Part shown: positions 48,430-62,639 of the stretch, piece by piece
Layout of the letters: every line of letters begins with the position of its first letter
Numbering within the stretch: position 1 is the stretch's first letter
Origin: Octopus sinensis
Taxonomy: Eukaryota
Length of the DNA: 64,000 bases
Direction: 5' to 3'
Assembly: GCF_006345805.1 (NCBI RefSeq)
Contig: NC_042997.1
Coordinates: 58,218,001-58,282,000, forward strand
Translations under genes and position numbers: made by a program
Notes under the pieces: generated by a model
What the model saw: the letters and a program-made list of their open reading frames with translations, nothing else
The model's database searches: none
What the model was told of the DNA's origin: nothing

Positions 48430-49740
48430 ATAGTGAGAATTTACAAAAGATGAAGACGAGTGTGTAGACAACAAACAGATGTATTTGTTTAATGCTCAGG
48501 AAGCAAGAAAGTTTTTTGCATTTCGAGCCTATGCTCTTTGACAGAGAGGAACACAGAAATAAACAAAGAGAGAGAAGAGAAAAAGTTTTAGTGGCTAGTG
48601 ATCTATCATGGCGAATGCCAGACCGAGAGGTCACACAGGAGAGCTAGAAAGAAGGAGAGATAATAAAGTAGCAGTGATCTCAAAATGAAGGTGCGCATGC
48701 GTGTGAGAGCATGTATGTGCATGTGGAAGGGGGCTGGTGACCTTGACGTGTGATTGTGTGCATGTGTAAGTGTATGGATGATGGTGTAGTTGCTGGGAAG
48801 TGGTCAGTGCTAGTGTGCGCGCTGATGTGCTAGTGTTTCCGGGGCAGTGTGGTATGGTATGGTGGTGTGGTGTGGTGGTGTTGGGATGTGGGGGAGGCGA
48901 GAGTAGGGATGGGATCTAAGGGATGGGGGTGGGGGTGGGTAGGAGTGAAGAGAGGAAATAGGTGTCAGAGCAAGTGAGGAGAGGTGGGTGGGTGGGAGGA
49001 AGTAGGTGTGAGAGGAGGAGGAGGGTTAGATGAAAAAGGAAGGTGAGTTGATTTCATGTGATGCAAAGAAGCAAAGAGAGAAGATTAATTCCTGCTCATG
49101 GAGAAGACAGGAGTCCAGATGGCCCCTGTGCAAGGACAATCCGAACACAGACAGGTGTTGTAAAGAGTGACTGGTAGAGCAGAAATGGCGCTAGACTGGG
49201 GTGTCGTTGCTGAGTCTGATGTCTTGGAGTTGTTCCACAAACCAGTCAGCCAAGCAGCATCCCATTTGACTGATGTATAGAGAAGGACAGAGGGAACAGG
49301 AGATGCAGTAGAGGACATTGCTATAAGTGCTGGTGATGGAGTCAGTGATGTGATAGGGTCAATGATGGGTGTCTGTGAGGAGAGTGGTGTTGGAGGGATA
49401 AGGGCAAGTGCAGCAGTGTGGGCAGGAGCAGGGGAACGAGCCGGGTTGGGAGGTTGGGTTAGGGAAAAAGCTGTGGACCAAGAGGTCTCGTAGGGTGTGG
49501 GCTCGTTTGAAGGAGGGGAGGGGTCGATTAGGGAAGATGTGCGAAGTAGAGGGGTCAGACTGGAGTTGCCGGACTGTTCAGAGAATGGTGCATTGGAGTG
49601 GTTGGATGGTGGGGTGGTAGGTGAGGGGAAACGGGTGATGGCAGGGCAGGTGCGGCGGGAGAGAGCAGATGCACGATCTATGGAACATGCTCTGGCAAGG
49701 GCGGTGTGGATAGTGATGGTCATTTATTTGATCTTCAATT
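48430..49740 (-). mobile_element. Penelope-like element 3' part (GIY-YIG endonuclease and 3' repeat)
   Basis: The minus frame gives ..FKRAHTLRDLLVHS..CCTCPY..SNVLYCISCSLCPSLYISQMGCCLADWFVEQLQDIRLSNDTPV*RHF..LSVFGLSLHRG..EQELIFSL, a degenerate GIY-YIG. The listed ORF 49085-49723 is an off-frame reading. Confidence 0.85.
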
Positions 49741-52700
49741 AAGTTTTTATATTATTTTTAGTTAATACATCTGTCAGAGTTCTTTTGTCACACATTCTGT
49801 GACCTCATCAGTAACTCTGTGTGTGTCTCCTCTTGTCCTGCTGATTCCATTTTGTCCTTCTGTGAAGATTGAATAAATAGTGTGCATGTTTAACTGGTCA
49901 AAGAAAAACAAAAAAACTGACCATCCCTAAGTATAACAATATCTGTTTCAACACATATTTTCACATCAAGAGGTATAGCTCTCTCTCTGTATGTGTATAT
50001 ATATGTAAAAGTAGCTATATATATAAGTATAGCTCAGCTACATCCTTTTGAGTTACATCTTTTTCTACTTTACGTCACTTAAGAAATTAATGGAAAAAAA
50101 ATCATCTCAAAGTCAGTTGATTTATTTGACTTTACATTGGTCTCAGTGGTATGTGTGTATAAGGATTAAAAGATTCAGTGAAGTGATAGTTATGAAGACC
50201 AGTATTACTATGGGTTTGCACCATATTATAGGACATAATTTGCAAGAAAATATGGCAGCCAGTACTTGTCTTGTACTTTGTGAAATTCTGAAAATTGCAG
50301 TGAAGTAGATAAAAGAAAGTGGTTGCTAAGAAGTACCATGGAATCAGTAGAATAAGAGGAGATGCATGGGGCAGAGAGTTACTGATAAGGGCACAGAATG
50401 TGTGACAAGCTAAAAATAATATGAATAAAAACTGAAGTGAAGATCAAATAAATGACCATCCCTAAATATAACTATATACACACACATACAACTCCATCAT
50501 TTTGAGTTCCATCTCTTTCAAGTTTACATAATTTTTTTTTTACAAAATATTTATGAAGCCTATATATATATATATATATATAAAATTAAATAATTGTAGA
50601 AATTGATATTAATCAGTTAAAACAAGTGGCCTAGCATATTTTTAAAAAATCCGAAGATTAAAAATTTTTTCACATACAATATTTAGAGGACTGACCACTA
50701 AAAAAATGGACAGTCCATATGCTAGATATAGACGTCAAAATCGCCATTTTCCACAAAGAATGGGAAAAAAACTGATTTTATTTGGTAGAATCTTTGTTAG
50801 GAGAGCAGACAAGGGCTTAAGTAGCTGCTTTTACTTTACATTCTCTGACCATAAAATGTTGATCATGGAAAAGGACAGTAAGAAAACTCCAAGTGACAGA
50901 AACTGTTAAGTTGTGGCGTGAAACATGTTTATCTATTAAAAAACCACCCATTGAAAGTTACCCCAAGCTGTCAAATGTTAAAATGCAGTTAAGTGCATGA
51001 TGAAAATTTGAGTTATATGGAGGAAGAGAAAATGAAAAAAAGTGGCAGTGATATTTTATTGATCTATTACTAATTTTTATTTTTTATTGAATTAAAAAAA
51101 AAAAATTCACCTTTCTTTAAAAGATTTTAGAAAAGCAACATGATCTACCATTACTATTGCTATCACTAAAAGTACAGGAATCCAAGACATTATAAATCTT
51201 GTTATTGTGCTAAAAACAACATGACTCCATTTCTGGTTTCACTTAATCACTTCCTCATCTTTAATTAAATGAAAAAAGATATTTGATGTCATCAGATTTC
51301 ATTTCAAATTAATTTTAGCTGTTAATATTCAATTTAAATGTTTATTGTTTCATGAATAATATTTGGGGAATAGATTTTACTTCTCTGTTGAAGCTAATTC
51401 ACTTCGCTCATGTTGTTACTCTTATGAAAAATACGAATACCACAACTCCATATTTCTTCTCCTGCTAATAGATTTCTGGCTCATTTAAGAAACAGTTGTT
51501 GTTTGTGAATATTTGATTCCAACACTAAACTGCCAAATTTCACACTAATGTCAGTTAGTTCACATTCCTATGTAAATGGAGGTATGAAACATTCATTGCT
51601 TTTTATGATACAAGATACAAAATCATGATTTTCATCCCCCCCCCCCCCGCCTCATTCACTTATCTATTGTGATACCTCCAAAACATTTACAGCAATGGTC
51701 TTCTACTTTAGACTGTGTCTAATTTGAAATCCCAGTTGTGCTGGTATCAAACACTTATAGATTTAATCCTGTCACGCTGTATTCCCACTATAGCAGGAAT
51801 AGGTTAAACATCATCTCTGCCAGATTCCTGGTAAAGTGGTAATGAACAACAAACAAAGAAGATGCAGCCAATTCTGTTCATTAGTTTGCCTGCAATTGTT
51901 ATTATTTATTGTTTTGCTTGGGAGCCAGGTGGAGCATAAAGTTAGACACAGGGGTCTAAATCTAAAAGGGTTAAATTTTTTGAAGAATAGGCAAGTGCTA
52001 GACTTTATTTGTAGTCGTTGTTATTTTTATAACTGGGAAAGTGTATGTTTATAAGTATGTAACTAGAAATGGTAAATCAAATTGAGCAGTAACAACACAG
52101 GGCTTGGGAATGTCTTTAGTCTTACCAAAGGAAGGACAACCTCACTAATGCTGGTACCACAAAAAATGCACCCATTATGCTCTGTAAAGTGGTTAGTGTC
52201 TGGAAGGGCATTCACCAATACAAACCATGCCAAAACTGAGATATTGGAACAAGACTTGGTTCTCAAACTTGATAGACCTTATTGAACTAAAGTCAATGTA
52301 AAATAATGATGATAGTGGTCTCATGTTCAAAATTATAATCCTACTAATTCTAAACAAGGCTACAAATCTGTAGAGAGGAGTTGAATGAGAATATAATCTT
52401 CCTTCTTTTTCCAAAGTTATGAGTGCTTTCAGTTGTTAATCAAAATATATTTAACTTGGTTTTCTAGATGCATACATCTTAGAGTGCTTGTTGTAAGACA
52501 GGTATCAATAGTTTTAGGAAGTTTAAATGTAAAGTATTATAAAAAAGAACAATAATGTAACAAAAAAAAAAGAAGAAAATCAGAATTCCTTTAGCAGTTT
52601 TGCTAGTTTTGCCATTAGTGTAAATATAAAGAATTAAGAACTTGGAGCATAAATCATTGCAAGTGATGACTTGAGGGTGTGAGTGCTATTCTACAGCTTG

Positions 52701-53999
52701 CACAATATTCATTGTTAATCAATTTTCTCTCCTCATCAAAAGGATGACTTTCATTCCTCTATATCAAAGTGAGAACACAGTATTATTATAAGATGAAAAA
52801 TAATTTTTTGGAACAGTGAAACTTGAGGCAGATAAAGCTATAAATAACAGTACTTAAATATTGGGCTTAGAAGCCCTTTGGATGGAAAAAGTTGAACGCT
52901 GCCTGTGGGGCATAAACTCATGTCTTCATATATTTCTATTCAAAGGGTTTTTTTTTAAAACCCAATATTTAGATATTATTATTTATAGCTTCACTGTTCT
53001 AAAAAAGAATTGTTACACATCTCTCAAACTTTCTAAAATCTTATGATGTTGATGAAAAATATTATTTTTAAAGTATTATGAGCATTCATTTCACAATAGA
53101 TAATCTAACCTTGCTTTTACTTACTACTATTTCACTGAATATAAGTTTCTCAGCTGTCTTATTTTGAAATGAGTTCTGAGAATATTAATTCAGTAAAAGA
53201 TGTTCACTTTTATGTAGCCTGTCCAAGTCAACACTTTACATTTTGAAACTATGTCTAATATAGATTACTTTCATAAAAACTATTTCAACTACTATTTATT
53301 AATACTACTGAACTGGAAGTTAAAGTTTCCTAAGGAGTAAATTGCTGTCTTAAAAAGTAAGTTGCTATCTTAAACATCTAAGTTCAAAATACTGCTGGCA
53401 TCAGTTTAACAGGATGGGAAAAATGTTCTCAACCCATTCAAAACTGGCCTTATTTAAAGGGAAATCAGTGTTACCATTTAATTTGCATCAGTCTTGTGGC
53501 AAATTATTGGGAACTAGAATTTACTTTCTGAATTTTGTTCTTAAGGAAAATGAGGTAACTAAGAAAAGGAAAAACATCCCTATGAAAGGGAAAATATCAC
53601 AATTTTCTATTGCTCATTGCTTATAACTTCATTAATGCCACTAGTTATTTATCATGAAGTGTTTTGACCTTTTCCTATGATAGGAGTTCTATATTTTTCA
53701 TGCTTGACATTATCTATCACTTGGTTTGCTTCGTATCTGACTTTTACATGAACTTTTATATGCAGAACTTAAATCATTGTCTTAGGTAAGATATTACTCT
53801 GCTTGCTTTACAGTCCCTTGTGAACTAGAAGCTATGATCTAGTAAGAATAAAATCATAGATGATGAGTAACCCAGAATCATGACTATTTACCCATAATGC
53901 CTCTTTCATACTTAATATTGTGAATTGTAGAAACTGCAACACAACTTTTTCTGTCACTGTATCATATTTTAACTTATCAGAGTCTTGCCTTGCAAGTTA

Positions 54000-54170
54000 C
54001 TTAGTGAGCTTACTCATGCCAGTGTTGTGTAGAAAGCACTCGGTATACTCTATGAAGTGTTTGGCATTAGGAAGGGCTTTCAGCTGTAGAAACCATGCCA
54101 AATCAGGCATTGGAGTTTGGTGCAGTTCTTTGACTTGTTAGTTCCTGTCAAAATGTCCAGTGATGATGAT
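54000..54170 (+). mobile_element. RTE-tailed SINE (family B), truncated
   Basis: ttggcattaggaagggc...agctgtagaaaccatgcc...gatgatgatg. Confidence 0.65.
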
Positions 54171-56759
54171 GACATATATGTATGTGTGTGTGTGTGTGGT
54201 GTGTGTGTGTGTGTGTGCGCCCCAGCATGACCATAGCCTCTGACTGAGAATAGTGAAAATAATACATAAACAGACACACACATTATTTTATCATTTTAAC
54301 ATTCACTTCTCCATGCTTACATGGGTCAGATAGTTTATTGAGGCAAATTTTCGATGGTTGGATGCCCTTCTTATCACCAGCCCTTATTTATTTCCAAGCA
54401 AAGTAATATTTCCTCATTGCCAGCAGGCATGTTTTCTTAGAATATTAGAAAGGAATGATATTCATTTATGATAATCATGTGATATCAGCACGAGGAGACA
54501 CAAACACTCACTTACATACACCCACATGCACCCCCACCACACTTTTCATCTACCAAATTCACTCACATGGCTTTGGCCTGTTGGTATGACAAGAGAGGAA
54601 GAGATGAATGTTCCAGGTGGACCTGGTACTCAACTAGTTTAGAGGTGCAGAGAATATGGTAGTAGCTAGAGAATAGTTAGAGTCAGATAGCCTTCTTTTG
54701 GATGTGCTCTGGTATGTATGTGTGTATCACATCAGCACTGTTCTGAATATATACAAGCAATGTTTGACCATTGTAGAAAGGTCAGCACAATGACAAGAGC
54801 TGAAGTATTTTCTGGCTTTGAAGCTGAAAACTAGTTTCTAGAATGTAATTTTAGCTAATTATATTTGTTGGGGATACTAGACAAAATAATTGAAGATTTT
54901 AAGGTCTAGGATTTGTAGTGTAACTGTGTCATAATTGTTTGTTGTTTCATGGCTAGAAAGGGTGAAGTTCATTATTGATTCCTTGATATGAACAGTAAAT
55001 ACATTCTATATATGTTGGTATATGCATACATAAGTTAAGCAAGAAGTTGTGGTATAGAATACTGAATACATATGCAAGACCTAAATGTTGTTTATTGATA
55101 ATGTTAAACTGTACATGGCTACTACTTCAGATGTTTTTAATGAAGTTGGAATATTTTAAACTTTAAGCTGTACAAATGCACATAAAGACAATGCATTCTC
55201 ACTCACATACGCACTCACTCACATACGCACTCACTCACATACACACAATCACACACAGACTTGCTTATACGGAAATAACATGTCAGGAATATGAGAAAAA
55301 TAACAGGAAAATTGTTGCAGAAGCAGATGGTTACTTAATTTGCTGTTATTAATGGCTGCATTGTATTTTATTTCTGATTCATTTATGGATATTTTTCTCT
55401 ATTTTAGATATGTTTATGCCTTAAATATTTTATTAACATGTCATCAACTGTACTAAATCATGTTGGCTATTATACAAGATATGAAAGGTATTAAATGGAA
55501 TAGAATACAGTAACTTGTGCTGTATGCATTGCTATAAAACAAGGATTGAAAGAGATTCCAGTAAATCAAAGAATGGAAGATATTCAATTCATACCATTCT
55601 CATTACTCCTAATCCCTTGGATCTCTTGGAGGGTATTATTTGCACAAAAAGCAGTTTCCAGTATACACAAAACTCCCTCCCTAAACAAAGGAGTTTGTGT
55701 TTTTATTTTTTCTATTTTGTTCAGGTTAAGATTTATTAAATTCCAGCAAGTATTATTTACATTATGGACCATTGTATGAAGTAAAATTGCTTCAGTCTAT
55801 TCTGGATTTTTCCTCTTTAAATTTATGACTTTCCTCAATACTCGTGTTGTGTGCTCTGACTGAAGTGAAATGCGTTCCATAGCCCACATCTCGGAGTGTT
55901 TCTGCTAGTTAGAATTTACCATTGAACTTTGTACTTAATTTATTTCTTCATGAGTTGTACCCCGACATTATTGGTTAATGCAGATGTTCAAATATCCTCT
56001 TCACTCCACTTTTTAGTATTGCCTATTCCAAATAATGTATCCAGAGGGAAGAGTGTATAGTTGTAATTATTGTTGTTGATGATGTAAATGATTCATGGGT
56101 TTAGTTTTTTTTTTCTTAAGTTTTCCTGTTGAACCATTATTATGGGTTGTAATTATGAGAAAGTTGCTACAATCTCTGTAAGGTAATGAAAATCTGCATC
56201 ATTTGCCATTAGCTGATAGTCTGTCTGATGACATCCTGACCAGATAGCAGCTTCTGTTCTCCGTACCTAGTCACCATTGACAATTTCCCTACTTTCCAAC
56301 CAATTAATACCATAATGCACTTGCATGTCAATGAAGTAAGCAAAAATACTTTTACAAACTTTTAAAGAGCAATGGAATAAGTTACCTCAAGAAATAGAAT
56401 CAATGTTTCTAGAATTCAAAAATATCACCTTTTCCTTCAAGTGGTAGCTGCCAAGGTACATTTCACTACTCTGTGCTGGAAGTCTTTATCTTAGTAGGTT
56501 CTCAATTTCATATTGAATGTCTCTGTCAGTAATACCAATGTAGTTGAGTGGCCTTTGTTTATAGTGACTTTTGCTTCAATGTCGCAATCACCATTATAGA
56601 CACTGCAGTCAATAACACAATTATATTCTTTTGGTTTAAGTTGGCTACAACCAAAACCAAAACTTGCAGTCAAAACCCTATATAAAGTTATTAATAGCAT
56701 CAGCTATAACAGTAATGGTTGCAGCATACCTCATTTTACATTAATGATCTACAATAATA

Positions 56760-58360
56760 TACTCACCCTGAAGTACCAAGCAATGCTCTCTGGCAGAAAC
56801 CCTACTACCAGACAAAATCACAAAGTACTAACTAAAACATAAGAAGTACTCAATAATATCTATGTTTACTAATACTAATACAGTTAGATACCTTTAATCC
56901 AGGAGCTGGATAAAATTATAATAATTTTAAAGCTCAACAAATGTCCAGGTGATGTAACATCATACAGACTCACTACCCTCTTATGTACACTCAAAATTTC
57001 TACTAAGGCTAATCTTTGATATCAGCAAAACACATTTCTCCAAATCACGGCACAAATTGAAACCACTACACTACTCACAGAAAATAAGGTAAGGAGTAAA
57101 ATGGCTTTAATAACAAAAAACCCTCTCACATATACTATTTTAAGGACCATTAATCTCAGCAACACTTTTGACCATTCTCTGCTTTCCACTCATACAAAAC
57201 CTACTCAATGCCAACTTAAGAAACAGCATAAAATTCTAGCTAGCTAACCACACATCAGTCTACCACGAATTACTCTTTTAGAGCCTGCAATTTTTCAAAT
57301 AGAGTATCAGAAATATATTATCGTCTTTTCAATCTGTAACTACATAACCTTCCTATACCTCCACAAAACATACAGACATCCACATGTGCCTCCCACAAAT
57401 CCCCAGACACCACATTCATAGCCTCCCACTATTCTCCAGGCACTGTCACACAGCTTATTCCAACTCTATTTAGATCTCCAAAAACACCTAGCTCTATAGC
57501 AAAATTATAAGTATACATTTATATTCCAAATCTGTTGTCTCTTACCAGCAACACCAGAGGACACCAAATACAACCAACCCTGAAACTTAACAATATAAAC
57601 ATGCATACTTGCAAAAGATAAAAAAAATGCTGGTTTTACATATAACTCCTACACAATGCAATAATTAAAGATGCAGTAAAAAAAAAGCACAATGTGATGC
57701 ACATTGGCCAACAAAGGAGCAGCTGCACTTGCATTCAAACATTACATTAAATACATCATGGACTATTCCAGTCTTACCTGAGCCTCCAATCTTTTCACAC
57801 CAAACTACAATAAACTGTAAAGAACAGAGAGCAGCTCACTATGCATCTTACCAGGTTTTACACAGTCCATTAACACAATGAAACAAAGACAGTGAAAACA
57901 AAAGATCACTTTGATGTACTAGGAGCAGAATTTGTTGTTGCAGCAAGCTGAAATCCCCAGTCCTTGTCACTAGATGAAAAAATATCACCCAGACACATAT
58001 GCAATGCCCCTGAACATTACTATAACATTATTTTAAAAACACTATCTTTCTTACTCTGCTCAGACAACCATAAGGAACAATATACACAGATATAGCCAGA
58101 AACATCAAATACTATGCTGGGATGCATATCACTAGCAATAAGTACAGATGGGTAGCAACTCCCAATTTTTGACTGAATCAATATGTGTCTGCCTCTGCTG
58201 TTGCCACCAACAGAATCTCTAGGTGAACAGGAATAAATTGAATAGAGGAGAGAGTGTAGTGTCCTGCATGTCATTCTGCACCTCTTATGTTTAATCATAG
58301 TATGTTGGAATGTGTATGGATTTCAGCTAAATGGTGGCATTGTATAACTGGGAATTTGAA
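56760..58360 (+). mobile_element. Degenerate I/Nimb/Jockey-group LINE ORF2 remnant
   Basis: IILKLNKCPGDVTSYRLTTLLCTL, INLSNTFDHS, FKHYIKYIMDYSSLT*ASNLFTPNYNKL*RTESSSL, and a C-terminal CPACHSAPLMFNHSMLEC (CCHC finger), in the expected order. Confidence 0.65.
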
Positions 58361-59339
58361 TCTGTAGATTACACTTTATCATTCAGCTGACAACCTGCAT
58401 GACATAGAGCTTCACAATGACAACAAGCACCTGACTCTCATTCAACATTACTTTCATAGACCTTTGCTCTTTAACACTTCACCTTCTCACTAACACCCCA
58501 CCATCACTCACCATCATACTTTCTTCACTCACACTCCACCATTACATACCATTTTCTGTCACCTACTATCACTTCACAAACACCTCACCCTTGCTCTTTC
58601 ACCAACATTTCACGTTCTCTTCCCTAAATGACTTCCCACACTGCTTCACCATTATTTTACATTCACTTGATGGTGAGTGAAGGTACGATTTTACAAAGCA
58701 ATAGATGAAACTTGAAGGCTAAGTCAACTTGATTTTTACAATAGTTTTCTATACAAGCTTGTTTTTGTTTTGAATGTTCCTCTATTCCATAAATAATCCT
58801 GCTCTTTAGCTCAGATACAATTTCAGTACACAGATCTTCACTTCTATTGGCACTGCCAAAATTTAGCTCATTTGGTCACTAAGAGAGTGAAGATCCTATG
58901 TAAATCTGTAGCCATATCAGTCAATGTTTCTGTAATATAGTCAGAGAAATGCTTTCAGCCCTCAGCTTCTATGTTTATTTTCCATGCACTATTTTCTTTA
59001 TTCATATTCATATTTCTTTAATTAGTTGTTCTTATTGTAGTGAAGGCCTGGATATATGTCTTGTGTTTGTGATAGACACTAAGATATCATTAAAAAGTTG
59101 CTCTTTTGCAGTCTTCACTTTTAGAGCACTTCTTTCAGATGAATTATCATTGTTGCTCTATGCAAGACTAATTCAATTAATCATTTCATTGTTTTCAAGC
59201 TTCAGTGACCAGTAAACAATGCACTAGAAGGATAATGAAATTGTAATGAAGATTAACAATATAATTTCAGTGTTCATTGGTTATAGTCAAGCAAGTTGAA
59301 TGGTTGATTAGACCAAAACATATATAGCTTTTCTCTTTT

Positions 59340-59548
59340 AATTGTTTCATTCATTGGACTTTGGCCATGTTGAAGCACTGCCTTGAAGGGTTTAGTCACA
59401 CAAATCAACCTCAGTACTTATTTTAAAAATCTGGTGCTGATTCTGTCAGTCTCTTTTGTCAAACTACTAAGTTATGGAGATGTTAATAAACTAATGCCAG
59501 TTGTTAAGCAGTGGAGACACACACACACACACGCATGCACGCACACAT

Positions 59549-59599
<51 letters not shown>

Positions 59600-59700
59600 C
59601 TTGTTTCAGTTTCTGTCTACTAAGTCCATTCACAATTTTTCGTAGTTGGTCCTGGGCTATAGTAGAACATACTTGTCCCAGGTGCTGCACAGTGGCACCA
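59340..59700 (-). mobile_element. tRNA-derived SINE (family A) with internal (CA)/(GA) tract
   Basis: Diverged family A body. Confidence 0.65.
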
Positions 59701-60269
59701 TATCTGCATCTATATATATGAAGATGTATATATTCTAACACCATAATTTAAGATGTATTCAGTAAGGATCCATGTTAATTTAAAGCACTTAAACTACAAA
59801 ACATATCTATTGCTTGATTTCTTAGCCATATTTGCCCTTCAAAACAGAAATTAAAACGTTATTTCATGATCAGAAATGTCCATTGTACATTACAAAAATT
59901 TTTTAAATGAAATCTTTGATGAGTAATGTGTAACATTACTCTCACTATAGTGTATTTATTTAGAAACAGTAAGTAGTGTGTAAGGAAAATTTTGGTGCTA
60001 CTTGTTGCAGGTTGTAGCCACCACACAGTGGCCTACCTCATTGGCTCACATGCAAATGCATTTCAATAAGAAGTTCATTTCAGAACTACATATTTTGGGG
60101 TTTATTCCCACTGGATAGATGCTGTTGGTTTTTGTTTGCTACTTTAGCTGCAGCTTGGCCAATGTCTTGTGAGTAAATGTTTTTGGCAGAAACCAGAAGC
60201 CACTCATATTTTCTGTCTCTCTCACATATGCATGCACCCATCTGTCTGTCCATCCATCCAGCTATCTAT

Positions 60270-60662
60270 TACTTGTTTCTGTCATTAGACTGCAGCCTGC
60301 TGGGGCACAGCCATGAAGATTTGTCAAAGGAATCTGCTCCAGTGCTTTATTTTTTTCTCTTTTTCTCTTTTTAAGCCTGGTATTTATTCTATCCACCTTC
60401 TTTTACTGAATTGCTAAGTTACAGGGATGTAAACACACCAACACTGGTTGTCAAGCAGTAGTGGTGGTGGCGAGCGGGGCAGATGCAAAGGCACACACAC
60501 ATATGACGGGCTTCTTTTAGCTTCCATCTACCAAATCCACTCACAAAGCTTTGGTTGGTCTGGTGCTATAGTAGAAGACACTTGCCCAAGGTGCCATGGG
60601 ATGGGATTGGACCTAGAGCCATGTGGTTGGGAAGCAAGCTTCTTACCACACAACCATGCCTG
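60270..60662 (-). mobile_element. tRNA-derived SINE (family A)
   Basis: Family A body, ending ...aagcttcttaccacacaaccatgcctg. Confidence 0.8.
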
Positions 60663-60954
60663 TGGATATGTATGTATGAATATATGTATGTGTGTATATG
60701 TATGTATGTAGTTGTTTGTGTGTGTGTGTGTTTCCTCTTGCCCTGACATGAGTGCCCTAATTGCAAACCATTAAACAAACGGTGTCATTTACTTGAAATC
60801 TTCTTTTAAAGCATGTCTGACCATTGGCTTGTTTGCGGTGGGGGGAGGGGGTTGGTGCCAGAGAGAGCATCCAGCTACAGAAAAATCTACCACCACAAAG
60901 TTTTGTCTGACTCATGTTAGCATTGGAAAGTGGGCATTGAAATGATTATGATGT

Positions 60955-60988
<34 letters not shown>

Positions 60989-62288
60989 ATATTTGTAATT
61001 TTTACATATAAAAACCCATGTCACTGCCAGAACTCAATCTTTAAGTCTTTAAGATCCCATGCATGCACTAGTTTCAATAAAAAATTATTAAGATGTCAGA
61101 TAAATTCATTCATCCCCCCCACCATTTATTTTAATCCCTTCCAATGTTATTTGAACCAGCATGAACAATATTTTTATATTATTTCATAGTCTTTTATAGT
61201 TCTCTTCTTCTACAACTTTTGTTTATTGCTTTTGAAATTTAAATAAATTTTGAACCTTTTTAGACATATGACCAGTGTGTTAAGTAGAAGACTTTGATAA
61301 CCTGATCCTTTAGGTTATCAGGTACATGTAGAAAGTATTACCCCATTACTATAAAGGTAGACAATGTTTGCTTGTTGCCATATAATTATATATTCTATGT
61401 TGCTGATATGAACTTCATTCTGCTATAGGTTAGTGAAGATGACTTATTTCATGATAGTTTTGGTTACCTCATATGGTGTTCATGCTAATTTCCTAAAATT
61501 TAATGTAACTGTTGCATGATAGACCAGATATGTTTGCATGGATATTCTTAGGCTATATGTGAATACTCACTGGAATTGTATTCAGATATTTCCTTTCCCT
61601 TGATCAATAGTTTTAATTTACTAGTTTTTTTTTACACCTACCGCTAATGAATTATTGGTATTTTCTTTCAATTTTTGCTTCATAAAAAATATATTTTTGT
61701 TTCTTAAGTGATTTCTGAAAATTAGAAAAGAAAATTTTGTCTATATTAAAAAAGAAAAAAAATTGTAAATTTAAGAAATCTTTCTGAAATTCTAATCTAA
61801 AATCTTGGAGCATGCAATCCATTAAAACCATTATTACAGAAAATAATTACTTTTCCAATCACTGAAACCTTTTAACTAATCCAATTTATTATTGATAAAT
61901 ATTGTAAAACAAAATTAACATATAAAACTTTCAGTAAAATCATATTAAGAATTTCAAAACCAAGAAGTATAGATACTAATTCATTTTGCTCTGGCTCTTC
62001 TTTAGAAATTTTGTAGTAATCCTCTGAATTTCCATGTCAATCAAGTTGTTATTTTTATTTTCGCTCAAGCTTTCTTATTTTCCATGTGAGAGCTATTCAT
62101 TTAAGAATTTCACTTTAGTAGAATCTAGTTTATAGTGGGAAATAATTTCAGTTCAGTTGATCACCTGGCATCACATGTGATTGTCTTAAGCAGGCACTTT
62201 GTGTGTGTGTAATATCATGCAATACAACATTTGCAAAACTAATTTATTATTTAGTTTCTTATGAAGGAGCAGTACTTATAGCTCTTAA

Positions 62289-62484
62289 CCGATTATAGCA
62301 TTCCGATTATTCTGTTAAATGTAATGCTTATTTATTCACATGGTTTTGAATTGCTCATGCATTATCTCATACCTTCAAAAATTTTGATGATGTGATTATT
62401 TATTTTTAGAATGAACTTCTAGGGCCAGATCTGGTTGGTTTGAACAAAAAACAGGTAGAATATTTGGGTTTAAATCTTAAAAGG
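62289..62484 (+). mobile_element. piggyBac-like MITE (degenerate)
   Basis: Same body as 39119-39338, preceded by TTAA. Confidence 0.55.
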
Positions 62485-62639
62485 TTGAATCTATTGTAGA
62501 ATGGAAAGCAAGCTATGACTGGGTGAGATTACTAGAATTCATGTTAAATTCAAATTATTGCAGGTTAGAGAGAAAAACAAGTCAAAGATACCTTCACTCC
62601 TATATTGTTAGGTTGATAGCACTTTTAGTGGCTTGTAAT

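Noticed and set aside
48880-49030. G-rich tract with G-quadruplex potential
   Set aside because: It is the complement of the C-rich 3' region of the Penelope element, with no independent evidence of function.
49085-49723. 212-aa Pro/Ser/Thr-rich ORF, the longest in the track
   Set aside because: It is an alternative frame of the Penelope GIY-YIG remnant; the meaningful frame is interrupted.
58020-58220. Exon-like segment on the minus strand with acceptor and donor
   Set aside because: It lies antisense within the LINE remnant 56760-58360, and the peptide resembles nothing I recognise.
58740-59220. Coding-like minus-strand stretch (SERSALKVKTAKEQLFNDILVSITNT...)
   Set aside because: Multiple stops and no motif I can assign. 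It may be an old DNA transposon, but this is unsupported.
29790-61500. Candidate exon 2 segments for the plus-strand gene (about 28200, 29803, 36658, 40042, 53768, 55401, 61429)
   Set aside because: Each has an AG acceptor, but they either hit stops, lack a good donor, or give peptides I cannot relate to any family. They cannot be discriminated without RNA-seq.
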